Shown in pieces: positions 1 to 10,230 of a DNA stretch of 64,000 nt; the first letter of the stretch is position 1, and each line of letters opens with the position of its first letter. The stretch lies in the IMG/VR virus record IMGVR_UViG_3300030103_005758. The stretch is one strand, 5' to 3'. Source of the DNA: an uncultured virus (IMG/VR IMGVR_UViG_3300030103_005758). Its lineage: Duplodnaviria > Heunggongvirae > Uroviricota > Caudoviricetes. The notes below the pieces were generated by a model, which was given only the letters and a program-made list of their open reading frames with translations, was not told where the DNA came from and did no database searches. The position numbers and the translations under genes are program-made.

Positions 1-879
1 AAATTAAATAATGCCGGTACACAAAGATCCAGTACTAAACTTTTTATAGATAATGTAGATGATAGTGGTTCAAGTATAGTATCATTTTTAAATACTATTG
101 ATGCTGCTACTTCCACCATTAAAGGACATGTAAGAATATCTAATAAAATAGATCCATCACAATATCTATTATTTCAAATTTCAGATTTAGCCCCGGATAC
201 GGATAATTTTTATTTTAAAGTAGATATAAATAATGTAGGATTTTCTGCTGATACACCTTTTACTAATAATGAAGATATAATAGTTGCTTTTCTAGTAACT
301 GGTGATAAAGGTGATACAGGTGCAGCCGGTACATCAGGTACTTCCGGTACTGCAGGTACATCAGGTTCTTCTGGAACTGCAGGTACATCAGGTACATCAG
401 CCCTACCTCTAACTACAGGTTCATTTACTGGTTCATTTACTGGAAGTGTAGATGCTGTAAATGATTTTACATTTAGTGGAGAAGTACTTAATGTTTTAGG
501 TAATGTTTTTGTACAGGGTGAATTAGATGCAGCCACTAAAAATTTTAGAATAAACCATCCCCAAAAACCGGGTTATTGGTTAATGCACTCTTCATTAGAA
601 GGTCCCGAAAGAGGGATATATTATAGAGGTAAATTAAAAACATCAAATATTATACATCTACCTGATTATTGGGAAGATTTAACGGATGATATTGATATTA
701 CAGTACAATTAACCCCTATAGGTAATGCTTGTCAACATTTTGTTGTAAATGTAAATAAAAAAGAAATAGAAGTTGGATGTGATTGTGGTAAACCTCATTG
801 TTTTTTTATTGTTCATGCCCAAAGATATGATCAAGGTAAATTTGAAGTATTAAAACCTAAAATAGGTAAATCTATATAA
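1..879 (+). CDS. Tail fibre-like structural protein, 5'-truncated by the window edge
   Basis: Frame 1 is open from base 1 (KLNNAGTQRSSTKLF...GTSGTSGTAGTSGSS...TKNFRINHP...LMHSSLEGPERGIYYRG). The track ORF 583..879 is only its C-terminus. It has SGT repeats and a C-terminal 'KxFxIxHP..L.H..LEGPE' chaperone-like domain typical of fibres. Confidence 0.75.
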   Translation, partial: KLNNAGTQRSSTKLFIDNVDDSGSSIVSFLNTIDAATSTIKGHVRISNKIDPSQYLLFQISDLAPDTDNFYFKVDINNVGFSADTPFTNNEDIIVAFLVTGDKGDTGAAGTSGTSGTAGTSGSSGTAGTSGTSALPLTTGSFTGSFTGSVDAVNDFTFSGEVLNVLGNVFVQGELDAATKNFRINHPQKPGYWLMHSSLEGPERGIYYRGKLKTSNIIHLPDYWEDLTDDIDITVQLTPIGNACQHFVVNVNKKEIEVGCDCGKPHCFFIVHAQRYDQGKFEVLKPKIGKSI

Positions 880-898
880 TATTTATATAAAAAACACT

Positions 899-2050
899 AT
901 GGCACAAAACCCTATTATATACCCAGGTTCGTCCTCTTTTATACCAGGACAAACTCCATTTGGTTTTTATGATTATGATACTAATTTTCAAACTGATGCA
1001 GATAAGGTAGCATCATTTTGTGCTTCACGTCTAGGATTTCCCACAGTTGATGTAGAAATGGGTAGTGGTTCATTTTATGCTTGTTTTGAAGAAGCAGTTA
1101 CTACATATGGAAATGAAGTTTATTTATACCAAATAAGAAACAATTTTTTAAATTTAGAAGCAACTAGTACTGGTTCCGCTCATAATCAAGATGTAATTAA
1201 TCCTAATTTAGGGAACATCATTAGAATAGCCGAAAATTATGGCTCTGAAGCGGGATCCGGCGGTACAACAACTTGGTATTCGGGTTCTATACCACTAACA
1301 TCTTCAGTGCAGGAATACGACTTAAATGCATGGAAAGATACTCAAGATATTACGGGATCTATTGAAGTAAAACAAGTTTTTTACCAAAATACCCCAGCCA
1401 TAGTAAGATATTTTGACCCATATGCAGGTACTGGATATGGATCACAACAACTTTTAGATGTATTTGGTTTTGGAAATTATTCTCCAGCTATTAATTTTTT
1501 ATTAATGCCTATATATTATGATGTATCAGTAATACAAGCCATAGAATTAAATGATACAATTAGAAAATCTGCATTTACATTTGAATTAGTAAATAACAAA
1601 TTAAGAATATTTCCAATTCCTAATCAGGAGGGACAATTATTTATTCAATATATTAAAGTGGATGAAAGAAATTCACCTACTGGGTCTGCTTTTGCAGCAC
1701 AAAATTTAGTTACAGATATATCTAATGTCCCATATGAAAACCCTACTTATCAATATATTAATGCTCCTGGTCGTTATTGGATTTTTGAATACACTTTAGC
1801 ACTAGCAAAAGAATTATTAGGATATGTAAGAGGAAAATATCAACAGGTACCCATACCTGGAGCTGAAGTTTCATTAAATCAAGGTGATTTAATTTCTGCC
1901 GCCACTACGGAAAAAGCTTCATTAATTGAAAAACTAAGAAATGATTTAGATGAAAATTCTAGGAAACTACAATTACAAAGAAAAGCGGAGGAAGCGGATG
2001 CTATGGGCAAAACTTTAGATCAAGTTCCTTTACCAATTTATATAGCATAA
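899..2050 (+). CDS. Neck protein (T4 gp13-like)
   Basis: 'RLGFPTVDVEM', 'WIFEYTLALAKELLGYVRGKY..VPIPGAEVSLN'; first of the neck/tail-completion trio. Confidence 0.75.
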   Translation: MAQNPIIYPGSSSFIPGQTPFGFYDYDTNFQTDADKVASFCASRLGFPTVDVEMGSGSFYACFEEAVTTYGNEVYLYQIRNNFLNLEATSTGSAHNQDVINPNLGNIIRIAENYGSEAGSGGTTTWYSGSIPLTSSVQEYDLNAWKDTQDITGSIEVKQVFYQNTPAIVRYFDPYAGTGYGSQQLLDVFGFGNYSPAINFLLMPIYYDVSVIQAIELNDTIRKSAFTFELVNNKLRIFPIPNQEGQLFIQYIKVDERNSPTGSAFAAQNLVTDISNVPYENPTYQYINAPGRYWIFEYTLALAKELLGYVRGKYQQVPIPGAEVSLNQGDLISAATTEKASLIEKLRNDLDENSRKLQLQRKAEEADAMGKTLDQVPLPIYIA

Positions 2051-2051
2051 T

Positions 2052-2543
2052 ATGGCATTATATGGAAGAAATAAGGATGCTTTACTTATACAAGGATTAA
2101 ATAGGGAACTCCTTCACAACATTATAGAACAACAAGTAGGATATTACAAACCCGTATTAGAGGATACTCCTGCTAACATATATGGTGAAGCCCAAAATAA
2201 AACTTGGTTAGGTCCTGTTTTACTTAAATGTTTATTAGATAGAGGAGAACAAGAAGTAGTAAATGATGATTTTGGAGTAGATAGAAATAGACCTTTATCA
2301 GTAAGATTTATAAGAAAAGATTTAGTAGAAGCAAACATAGTACCTGAAATAGGAGATGCTATTTTATGGAATGAAGATTATTATGAAGTAGATAATTTAG
2401 TAGAAAATCAATTATTAGTAGGAAAAGATCCTTTATATCCTTATAGTGATACAGTAGATGATTTTGGTGCTAGTTTATCTATAATAGTAACATGCCATTA
2501 CACAAGACCAGAGAGATTAGGAATTAAAGAACAACGTATATAA
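2052..2543 (+). CDS. Head completion/neck protein (gp14-like)
   Basis: 'NIYGEA..K', 'PEIGDAI.WN..YYEV'; synteny. Confidence 0.65.
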   Translation: MALYGRNKDALLIQGLNRELLHNIIEQQVGYYKPVLEDTPANIYGEAQNKTWLGPVLLKCLLDRGEQEVVNDDFGVDRNRPLSVRFIRKDLVEANIVPEIGDAILWNEDYYEVDNLVENQLLVGKDPLYPYSDTVDDFGASLSIIVTCHYTRPERLGIKEQRI

Positions 2544-3418
2544 TGGAATTCAAACCTAGACCATATACAAAAAGAGAGTTTTTGTCTAAATTACAAAAAC
2601 CCTATGTTAATCCTGATACTAAGGAAGAAATACTACCTAAACAGGCACCTCCATCACTTCCCTTAAAACCAGGGCAACCTGAAATTAATAGAGCCTTAGA
2701 AGTATCTTTAAAAGATGATGATAAAAACAAAACTATATCTATTGGATTAAAAGATATAGATAGTGCCATATTATATTATTTAGAAAATGTTATAAAACCT
2801 CAAGTAACTCAAAACGATAGAAGACTATCAGTTCCTATAATATATGGTTCTCCTGAAAGATGGAAATCTATGCAAGCGGATGGTTTTTATAGAGATAAAA
2901 ATGGTAAAACAATGGTACCTCTTGTAATGTTTAAAAGAGATAGCTTTGTAAAAAATAATACTATAGGTAATAAATTAGATGGTAATAAAGTAAATAATTT
3001 AAAATATTTTGAAACGGGATATTCTAAAAGAAATGTTTATGATAATTTTAATGTTTTACAAAATCAAAAACTTCAAAAAGAATATATTTTAGGTATAATC
3101 CCCGATTATATAGATGTAACTTATAGTATGTCTATTTTTACTGATTATGTTGAACAAGCCAATGAAATTACAGAAGCAATAGAGTTTGCGGCTCGTTCTT
3201 ATTGGGGTGATCCAGAAAAATTTATGTTCAGGGCTAATATAGAAACTTTTAATACACCTGTATTATTAGAGAATGGTAGTGATAGAGCAAATAGAACAAC
3301 AATGAATGTTTTAGTTAATGGGTATATTATACCTAGTGGTATAAATGCCGCAATGGCTGGGCCTAGTCCTAAATCATATAATGTTACTAAAACTGTATTT
3401 AAAGAAACAATAATTTAA
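2543..3418 (+). CDS. Tail sheath stabiliser/terminator (gp15-like)
   Basis: 'VPIIYGSPERW', 'PDYIDVTY...EQANEITE'; synteny. Confidence 0.7.
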   Translation: MEFKPRPYTKREFLSKLQKPYVNPDTKEEILPKQAPPSLPLKPGQPEINRALEVSLKDDDKNKTISIGLKDIDSAILYYLENVIKPQVTQNDRRLSVPIIYGSPERWKSMQADGFYRDKNGKTMVPLVMFKRDSFVKNNTIGNKLDGNKVNNLKYFETGYSKRNVYDNFNVLQNQKLQKEYILGIIPDYIDVTYSMSIFTDYVEQANEITEAIEFAARSYWGDPEKFMFRANIETFNTPVLLENGSDRANRTTMNVLVNGYIIPSGINAAMAGPSPKSYNVTKTVFKETII

Positions 3419-3434
3419 TATATATTTATTATAT

Positions 3435-5450
3435 ATGGCAACAATAAGTACTTCAGGAATAGCAAGTGGTAGTGTAATAGAACCATCACATATTTTAAGA
3501 CCAATAGAAGCATTAAATGGTGAAACAGGACCATTTGATGTAACAATATCGGGTTCATTAAACGCATCAGGTAGTTTTAGAATAGCTACTTCTAGTATTA
3601 TACAAGTTTCAAACCATGCTGTAGTATTAGCTTATGATACCGCTTCGGGAGATGTTAGACATACTAGTCATACATCAGGTACTTCAGGTACATCCGGGAC
3701 TAATGGTACATCGGGAGCTGATGGAGCAGCAGGTACATCAGGTACTTCAGGTAATAGTGGTACAAGTGGTTCATCAGGTAGTTCAGGTACATCAGGTACT
3801 AATGGTACATCTGGAACATCAGGTTCTTCTGGATCTTCCGGATCAAGTGGAAGTCTTTATAAATCTACTTCCTCAAGTGGCATAGCAATAGCAACTGGAG
3901 GTATTAGTGTAAATATAGGTGCAAGTTTAGCTTATGTAGCCGGTAATTTTATTACTTTTGTCTCAACAGCAAATTCAGCTAATAATGTAACGGGTACAAT
4001 TACAGCTTATAATTCTGGAAATGGGGCAATAAGTGTTACTATAACAAAAACTAATGGTAGTGGTACTTTTAGTAGTTGGAATGTAGATTTAGCAGGTCAA
4101 CCAGGTGCGGATGGTTCAAATGGAGTAAGCGGTACCTCAGGCACCTCAGGTACATCAGGTACAAATGGTTCATCAGGTAGTTCTGGTTCATCTGGTACTT
4201 CAGGTGCGGATGGCTCTTCTGGTAGTTCAGGTAGTTCAGGTAGTTCAGGTACTTCGGGTGAATTTGCACCTACAGGTTCTTCAGAAATATCTGGTTCAAT
4301 AATCATAACAGGTAGTTCAACACTAGCTTTTAGAGTATCAGGTAGTAGTGCCTTTACAGGAAGTTTATTTGTAAGTGGGGCTGTATCCTCAAGTGTAGGA
4401 TTTAGCGGTTCATTCCAAGGTGATGGTTCCAGTTTATCTGCAGTATCAGCAATTTCATCTTCTACAGCAGTATTATCACAAACAGCTTCAGTTGCTATTA
4501 GGGCTAATGGTTTAGCTTCTACGGTTACGGCAAGTTATGCAGATAAAGCAGATGAGGCAGTAACATCAAATGTAATTCCGGTAACAGTAGTTAATGATGG
4601 AGGAAATAAATACGCATTTAATGGAGTAACTGCTCCAAAATTATCACTTAATAAAGGAGAATTATATAGATTTGATCTATCAGATTCAACTAATGGTGGT
4701 CATCCCCTTAGGTTTAGATTACCAGATGATACCTCATACTCACCAGGAGTAACAGCAGTAGGTACACCTGGAAATGCAGGAGCATATGTTGATTTTGATG
4801 TTAATTTTTCAACATCATCCTCTTTAAAATATTATTGTACATCCCATGGTAATGGAATGGGTAATTTAGCTACAGTTACAGATTTACATAATTTAATAGC
4901 TACAGGATCTTATACTGGTTCATTCTCTGGTTCATTAATCGGTCCAGTAACTGCTTCTTCATTATCAACAGATCAGTACTTATACCACACAGGTGATGGA
5001 GACACCTTCGTAAATTTTACTCCTAATCAGATAAGGTTAAATGCCGGTGGTATTAATTTTTTAGATTTAGAAAAAGATGCTTCTACTCCTTATCCTCTTA
5101 CAGTTAATAATGGAGGAAATAGAATTAACTTTAGAATTAATGATAGGAATAGTGATCTTTTATTAAAAACTGATTCCGAAGCATTAAAAGTTAATTTATA
5201 TCATGCTGGTAGTCAAAAATTAGAGACAATAACTAGTGGTATTAATATAACGGGTTCTAATTCTTCTGTAAGTGGATCAATTGAAATCTCAGGTTCAGCC
5301 TTTATAAGTTCATCACATGTACTAACATTAGCACCATCTCATCCATTACCCACAAGTGGAATAGGATCTGGTTCATTAGCTGTAACAGGTTCTAATTTAG
5401 CATTTTATGATGGTAATCAATGGAAAAAAGTAACTATCGGAGCTTTCTAG
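3435..5450 (+). CDS. Tail fibre/spike protein with SGT repeats and a cupredoxin-like module
   Basis: G-X-Y (SGT/SGS) tracts, many TGS/SGS repeats, GHPLRF...YYCTSHGNGMG module. Confidence 0.7.
   Translation: MATISTSGIASGSVIEPSHILRPIEALNGETGPFDVTISGSLNASGSFRIATSSIIQVSNHAVVLAYDTASGDVRHTSHTSGTSGTSGTNGTSGADGAAGTSGTSGNSGTSGSSGSSGTSGTNGTSGTSGSSGSSGSSGSLYKSTSSSGIAIATGGISVNIGASLAYVAGNFITFVSTANSANNVTGTITAYNSGNGAISVTITKTNGSGTFSSWNVDLAGQPGADGSNGVSGTSGTSGTSGTNGSSGSSGSSGTSGADGSSGSSGSSGSSGTSGEFAPTGSSEISGSIIITGSSTLAFRVSGSSAFTGSLFVSGAVSSSVGFSGSFQGDGSSLSAVSAISSSTAVLSQTASVAIRANGLASTVTASYADKADEAVTSNVIPVTVVNDGGNKYAFNGVTAPKLSLNKGELYRFDLSDSTNGGHPLRFRLPDDTSYSPGVTAVGTPGNAGAYVDFDVNFSTSSSLKYYCTSHGNGMGNLATVTDLHNLIATGSYTGSFSGSLIGPVTASSLSTDQYLYHTGDGDTFVNFTPNQIRLNAGGINFLDLEKDASTPYPLTVNNGGNRINFRINDRNSDLLLKTDSEALKVNLYHAGSQKLETITSGINITGSNSSVSGSIEISGSAFISSSHVLTLAPSHPLPTSGIGSGSLAVTGSNLAFYDGNQWKKVTIGAF
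3670..3855 (+). repeat. 9-nt-period coding repeat (Ser-Gly-Thr/Ser)
   Basis: tcaggtac/tcaggtag units. Further tracts at ~325-400, 4125-4260, 8070-8235 and 8495-8535. Confidence 0.9.
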
Positions 5451-5481
5451 GATTAAATTAAAAAGGTTATTATATTATAGT

Positions 5482-7791
5482 ATGAATATCCAAGCTCATA
5501 CGAGTTTTATAGGTACAACTGGTTATGCTAACCATGCACAATCTTTTTTTACAGAATTAGATAAATTAACACCTGTTAAAGTTAGAAATTTTACTGTAGG
5601 AAAATCTTGGAGTGGTATTAGTAATACTCCTCATAATAAAGAACCTTACATAACACCGCAAATGAAAAAAATGCTTCATTTGCAAACTTTATGGGATGGT
5701 CATCATGAAAGATATGATAGTCCTATATATCACCATAAAAATGATTATATATCTGATATAGATATAATATTAGAAGAACATGATCATCATTATTTTTATG
5801 ATGCTTATGATGGATATAGAATAGGTTATAATGTTTGGGAATCCACAAGATATTCAGAACAATTTTTTCAACAATTACTTACTTTAGATGAATTATGGGT
5901 ACCTACTAAATGGCAAAAACAAATTTCTATTGAACAGGGATATCCAGCTAATAAAATATTTGTAATACCTGAAGGGGTTGATGGTAGAACATTTAAACCT
6001 ACTTCTAGACCACAGAAAAAAAGTAAATTTACTTTTATAATAGTAGGGAGATGGGATTATAGAAAAGGAATTAAAGAAAGTATAGAAGGTTTTTTAAAAG
6101 CATTTCCTAATAATGATGAAGTAGAATTATTATTAAATGTTGAAAATCCTTATCCTGTAGATGGTATGAATTCTACGGAGGAAAGATTAAAATATCATAA
6201 TTTAGAGGATCCTAGAATTAAAATTTTAAAATTTTTAGATAGAAAACAATATATTAAGTTATTACAAAATACAAATGTATTAATATCATGTGCTAGATCA
6301 GAGGGATGGAATTTACCTTTAATTGAAGCATTGGCTTGTGGAACTCCTTCAATTTATACTAAATGTTCTGGTCAATTAGAATTTACTGAAAATAAGGGAT
6401 TAGGGGTAGATATTTTAGGTGAAGAACCTGCTACTAATAATGAAAATTTATCATATGAACATAATATACCTGGTAATTTTTATACTCCTGATACAAAAGA
6501 TTTAGTTAAAAAAATAAAGGATTCATATAATAATTATAATCTTTGGAAAAAATGGCATTTAGAACGTTCTAAAATTATAAGAGATAAATTTTCTTGGAAA
6601 AATCAAGCTAAAAAAGCATATGATAGATTATTACAAATAGAATTAAAACCTAAAAATACAAAACCCAGATTAGAAGTTAATTTTGTAGATGGGCCTTATG
6701 CATGTTTAAGAAATGCTAAACAACCCTATAATGTAGAATTTGTAAATCAGGATACAGGTAAAATAGAATATGATACTGAATTAAAAAATGATCATTGGGG
6801 AAAAACATACCATAGATATTTTATTAATTGGGAAATAAGGGTTAAAGATAATTTTGGAAATATTATTATTTCTCATAAGTATGATGCCACGGGTAAAAGA
6901 GTATTAATAGAATTAGGATCTAAATCTTTAGGAGATACTTTAGCATGGTTTCCTTATGTTCAAGAATTTAAAAATAAACATAATTGTAATGTCATAGTTT
7001 CTACTTTTTGGAATAAATTTTTTGAAAAAAAATATCCTGATTTAGAATTTGTAACACCAGGTTCTACTATTCCCAATTTATATGCAATGTATGAAGTGGG
7101 TTGGTTTTATAAAGATGAAACAGATAAATTAGATGGATTTAAACAACCCTTTGATCCTAAATCTTATACTTTACAACAAACGGCTACTAATATTTTAGGT
7201 TTAGATTATAAGGAAATTATTCCTAAAATGGATTATAAAATCAAAAAACGCCCTATAAAAGAAAAATATGTTTGTATATCACCCCATGCATCCGCTGGTG
7301 CCAAATATTGGCAACACCCTAAAGGATGGCAAGATGTTATAGATTATTTAAATAATAAGGGTTATCAAGTAGTACAAATATCAAAAGAAAAACATAATGA
7401 TAGTTGGGAAAATAGAAAATTACCATTAGGAAAACCTTTTAAAAATATAATTGATAAAACAGGAAAAATTCCAATGGATGATATTATTAATATAATTCAT
7501 CATTCAGAATTATATATAGGTGTTTCAAGTGGGCTAGCTTGGTTATCTTGGGCTTTAAAAAAACAAGTAGTGATGGTATCCGGGTTTAGTTCAGATTGGA
7601 CAGAATTTACTACAAATATAGAACGAATTATTAATAAAGATGTATGTAATTCATGTTTCAATAATTTTAAATTGGATGCATCTGATTGGGATTGGTGCCC
7701 AGTCCATAAAGACACTCCACGTCAATTCGAATGTACTAAAAAAATATTACCCAAAACTGTAATAGAAGGCATAACTCGTAGTCTTGTTTAA
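5482..7791 (+). CDS. Fusion of a GT4-type glycosyltransferase and an Aah/TibC-like protein O-glycosyl(heptosyl)transferase
   Basis: N-half 'VGRWDYRKG', 'ARSEGWNLPLIEALACGTP' (GT-B EX7E). C-half 'SLGDTLAWFPY', 'IGVSSGLAWLSW', 'CNSC...WCPVHKDTPRQFECTK' (TibC-type Cys iron finger). Confidence 0.8.
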   Translation: MNIQAHTSFIGTTGYANHAQSFFTELDKLTPVKVRNFTVGKSWSGISNTPHNKEPYITPQMKKMLHLQTLWDGHHERYDSPIYHHKNDYISDIDIILEEHDHHYFYDAYDGYRIGYNVWESTRYSEQFFQQLLTLDELWVPTKWQKQISIEQGYPANKIFVIPEGVDGRTFKPTSRPQKKSKFTFIIVGRWDYRKGIKESIEGFLKAFPNNDEVELLLNVENPYPVDGMNSTEERLKYHNLEDPRIKILKFLDRKQYIKLLQNTNVLISCARSEGWNLPLIEALACGTPSIYTKCSGQLEFTENKGLGVDILGEEPATNNENLSYEHNIPGNFYTPDTKDLVKKIKDSYNNYNLWKKWHLERSKIIRDKFSWKNQAKKAYDRLLQIELKPKNTKPRLEVNFVDGPYACLRNAKQPYNVEFVNQDTGKIEYDTELKNDHWGKTYHRYFINWEIRVKDNFGNIIISHKYDATGKRVLIELGSKSLGDTLAWFPYVQEFKNKHNCNVIVSTFWNKFFEKKYPDLEFVTPGSTIPNLYAMYEVGWFYKDETDKLDGFKQPFDPKSYTLQQTATNILGLDYKEIIPKMDYKIKKRPIKEKYVCISPHASAGAKYWQHPKGWQDVIDYLNNKGYQVVQISKEKHNDSWENRKLPLGKPFKNIIDKTGKIPMDDIINIIHHSELYIGVSSGLAWLSWALKKQVVMVSGFSSDWTEFTTNIERIINKDVCNSCFNNFKLDASDWDWCPVHKDTPRQFECTKKILPKTVIEGITRSLV

Positions 7792-7833
7792 TATTTATTA
7801 GGGATAACCCTAGGTAAACCCAAATAAAGTTAA

Positions 7834-9831
7834 ATGGCTACAATAAGTACCTCAGGCATTGCAAGTGGAAGTATAATCCGCGCCGAACATGTTTTAAGAG
7901 TAATAGAATCCCTTTCAGGTGATGACGCTAATGATATATTAATTTCAGGTTCAGTTGGTATAACTGGAAGTTTTACTATCACTAGTGGTAGTATAGCTAA
8001 AACAGATGCCGCTCCTATACTACTAGCATATAACACTAGTAGTGGTGCTGTAACTTTTTCTGATAGATCATCAACTTCTGGTACATCAGGTACCTCGGGA
8101 TCATCAGGTTCATCTGGTACATCTGGATCATCTGGTACTTCAGGTACATCAGGTTCTTCAGGTAGTTCAGGATCATCAGGTACCTCAGGTTCTTCAGGTA
8201 CTTCAGGTACAAATGGTACATCAGGAACTTCAGGACAAGATGGTAATCTTTATAAATCAACCTCCTCAACTAACTTAACTATAGGTACAGGTAGTAAGAC
8301 CTTTACTACAGGAACCGGTCTAGCTTTTGTAGTAGGAATGCATGCTATTATTATAGATGCTTCTAATGCTGATAATTATATGACTGGTAATGTCACAGCA
8401 TATAATTCCGCTAGTGGAGTTATAACAGTTAATGTGGTTGTAATTGGAGGATCAGGAACTAAAAGTAGCTGGAACGTAAACTTAACAGGTGAATATGGTA
8501 CTAATGGTACTTCAGGTACATCTGGTACTTCAGGACAATTTCCACCAACTGGTTCTACAGAAATATCCGGTTCTTTAAATATTACTGGTAGTAATGCTCC
8601 TGCTTTTAGAATTAGTGGTAGTAGTACTTTTACAGGTTCAGTTAATGTTAGTGGTAGTGTTTCTGCTTCTAATGTTTATTCTATTGATGATGCTTATTTA
8701 GGAACTGGAACTGGTAATGATGAGGTAAAATTAGTTCATGCTGGAGATACTGATACTTATTTACTATTTGATACAAACCATGTAAATTTAGTTGCAGGTG
8801 ATAAGTCAGTCATTAAATATGATCAGACACTATCAGATAAAAAAATAATGATTAACAACACCAATGCTGACCTTGACACGCAAATAATGGCGGACAATGG
8901 TAATGTAATTATTCATGTTGATGCTGGAGATAATAGAGTAGGAATAAATAAAACAACCCCAAATAACGCTTTAGACGTAAAAGGAGGTACAAGTATAACA
9001 GGTTCAACTACAATTACAGGATCATTACACGTAAGTAGTAGTAATATTTTTATCCCCGCATTTAGAGTTACTGGTAGTACAACATTAACAGGTAGTTTAT
9101 TTGTTAGTGGTGGAATGAAAGTTTCTGGAAGTAACGTTCATAGTGGAAGTACAATACAACAAGGTAGTATAAGACTAAAAGGTAGCGCCCATATTTCAGG
9201 ATCCGAGGCTATATCGGGCTCATTATTAATAACAGGTAGTAATGCCCCAGCATTAAGAATTAGTGGTAGTACAGCATTAACAGGTAGTTTACTACAAAGT
9301 GGTAGTACACAAATTACAGGTTCTACTCTCTTATCAGGTTCATTACTTTTAACAGGTAGTTCTACCTTAGCATTAAGGATAACTGGTAGTACAGCATTAA
9401 CGGGAAGTTTATTACAAAGTGGTAGTACTGTAACTACAGGTAGTGTAGAAATTTCTGGTAGTTTAGGAGTAGGAACAGCTGCATCAGGTGTTATAGGTGC
9501 AATTTTAGCTGCAAACGATGTTGTAGCATTTGCTTCTTCAGATGAAAGATTAAAGGAAAATATAACATTAATAGAAAATCCATTAGATAAAATTATTAAA
9601 ATATCTGGATATGAATATGATTGGGTCCCAATGGAAGGAGTACATGTACATTCAGGACACGATATAGGAGTAATAGCACAAGAAGTAGAAAAAGTATTTC
9701 CAGAAATTGTAGCAGACAGAGATAATGGATATAAAGCAGTAAAATATGAAAAATTAGTATCCGTGTTAATAGAAGGTATAAAGGAATTAAAACAAGAAGT
9801 AGATTTACTTAAGAAAAAAATAAATGGCTAA
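7834..9831 (+). CDS. Tail fibre with C-terminal intramolecular chaperone (peptidase S74-like)
   Basis: N-terminus paralogous to 3435; SGT repeats; 'SSDERLKENI...GVIAQEVEKVFPE...AVKYEKL'. Confidence 0.8.
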   Translation: MATISTSGIASGSIIRAEHVLRVIESLSGDDANDILISGSVGITGSFTITSGSIAKTDAAPILLAYNTSSGAVTFSDRSSTSGTSGTSGSSGSSGTSGSSGTSGTSGSSGSSGSSGTSGSSGTSGTNGTSGTSGQDGNLYKSTSSTNLTIGTGSKTFTTGTGLAFVVGMHAIIIDASNADNYMTGNVTAYNSASGVITVNVVVIGGSGTKSSWNVNLTGEYGTNGTSGTSGTSGQFPPTGSTEISGSLNITGSNAPAFRISGSSTFTGSVNVSGSVSASNVYSIDDAYLGTGTGNDEVKLVHAGDTDTYLLFDTNHVNLVAGDKSVIKYDQTLSDKKIMINNTNADLDTQIMADNGNVIIHVDAGDNRVGINKTTPNNALDVKGGTSITGSTTITGSLHVSSSNIFIPAFRVTGSTTLTGSLFVSGGMKVSGSNVHSGSTIQQGSIRLKGSAHISGSEAISGSLLITGSNAPALRISGSTALTGSLLQSGSTQITGSTLLSGSLLLTGSSTLALRITGSTALTGSLLQSGSTVTTGSVEISGSLGVGTAASGVIGAILAANDVVAFASSDERLKENITLIENPLDKIIKISGYEYDWVPMEGVHVHSGHDIGVIAQEVEKVFPEIVADRDNGYKAVKYEKLVSVLIEGIKELKQEVDLLKKKING

Positions 9832-10201
9832 AAATGTAAGAATCGTTCCTGCATCAGGGTCAATATTCTTCACTGGTGATGGATTTGATGTTACTGGTTC
9901 TATTAAATTACAAACTGTAGGTAGTACTGAAAATGTACAATTTATAGATGGTACTTCAAATGAATCAATAATTTTAATTCATAAAGCATCTAGGAGAGTT
10001 GGAATAGGTTTAGTATCCGCTTCTGCTAAATTAGAAGTATCTTCCTCTAATACTGAAGATGCTTTAAAAGTTGGAACCCCAGATGGTGATTTAAAAGTAA
10101 ATAATAAAGGAATTTTACAATTATCGGAATACCAAGGAAATGCTACCGCTGTTGAGGGTGGTATTTTATATAGTGGAAGTAATCTATTCATCGGAGATTA
10201 A
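9824..10201 (+). CDS. Small fibre-associated structural protein
   Basis: Within fibre cluster; 'RVGIG..S.SAKLEV' fibre-type motif. Confidence 0.55.
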   Translation: MAKNVRIVPASGSIFFTGDGFDVTGSIKLQTVGSTENVQFIDGTSNESIILIHKASRRVGIGLVSASAKLEVSSSNTEDALKVGTPDGDLKVNNKGILQLSEYQGNATAVEGGILYSGSNLFIGD

Positions 10202-10230
10202 TATTTATTATAGAATAAAAAATCACATAA

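Noticed and set aside
7799..7816. Resemblance to the I-SceI site (TAGGGATAAC)
   Set aside because: Only the first 10 nt match; coincidental.
3670..8540. Short-period repeats as a CRISPR array
   Set aside because: 9-nt in-frame coding units with synonymous variation; no repeat-spacer structure and no cas genes.
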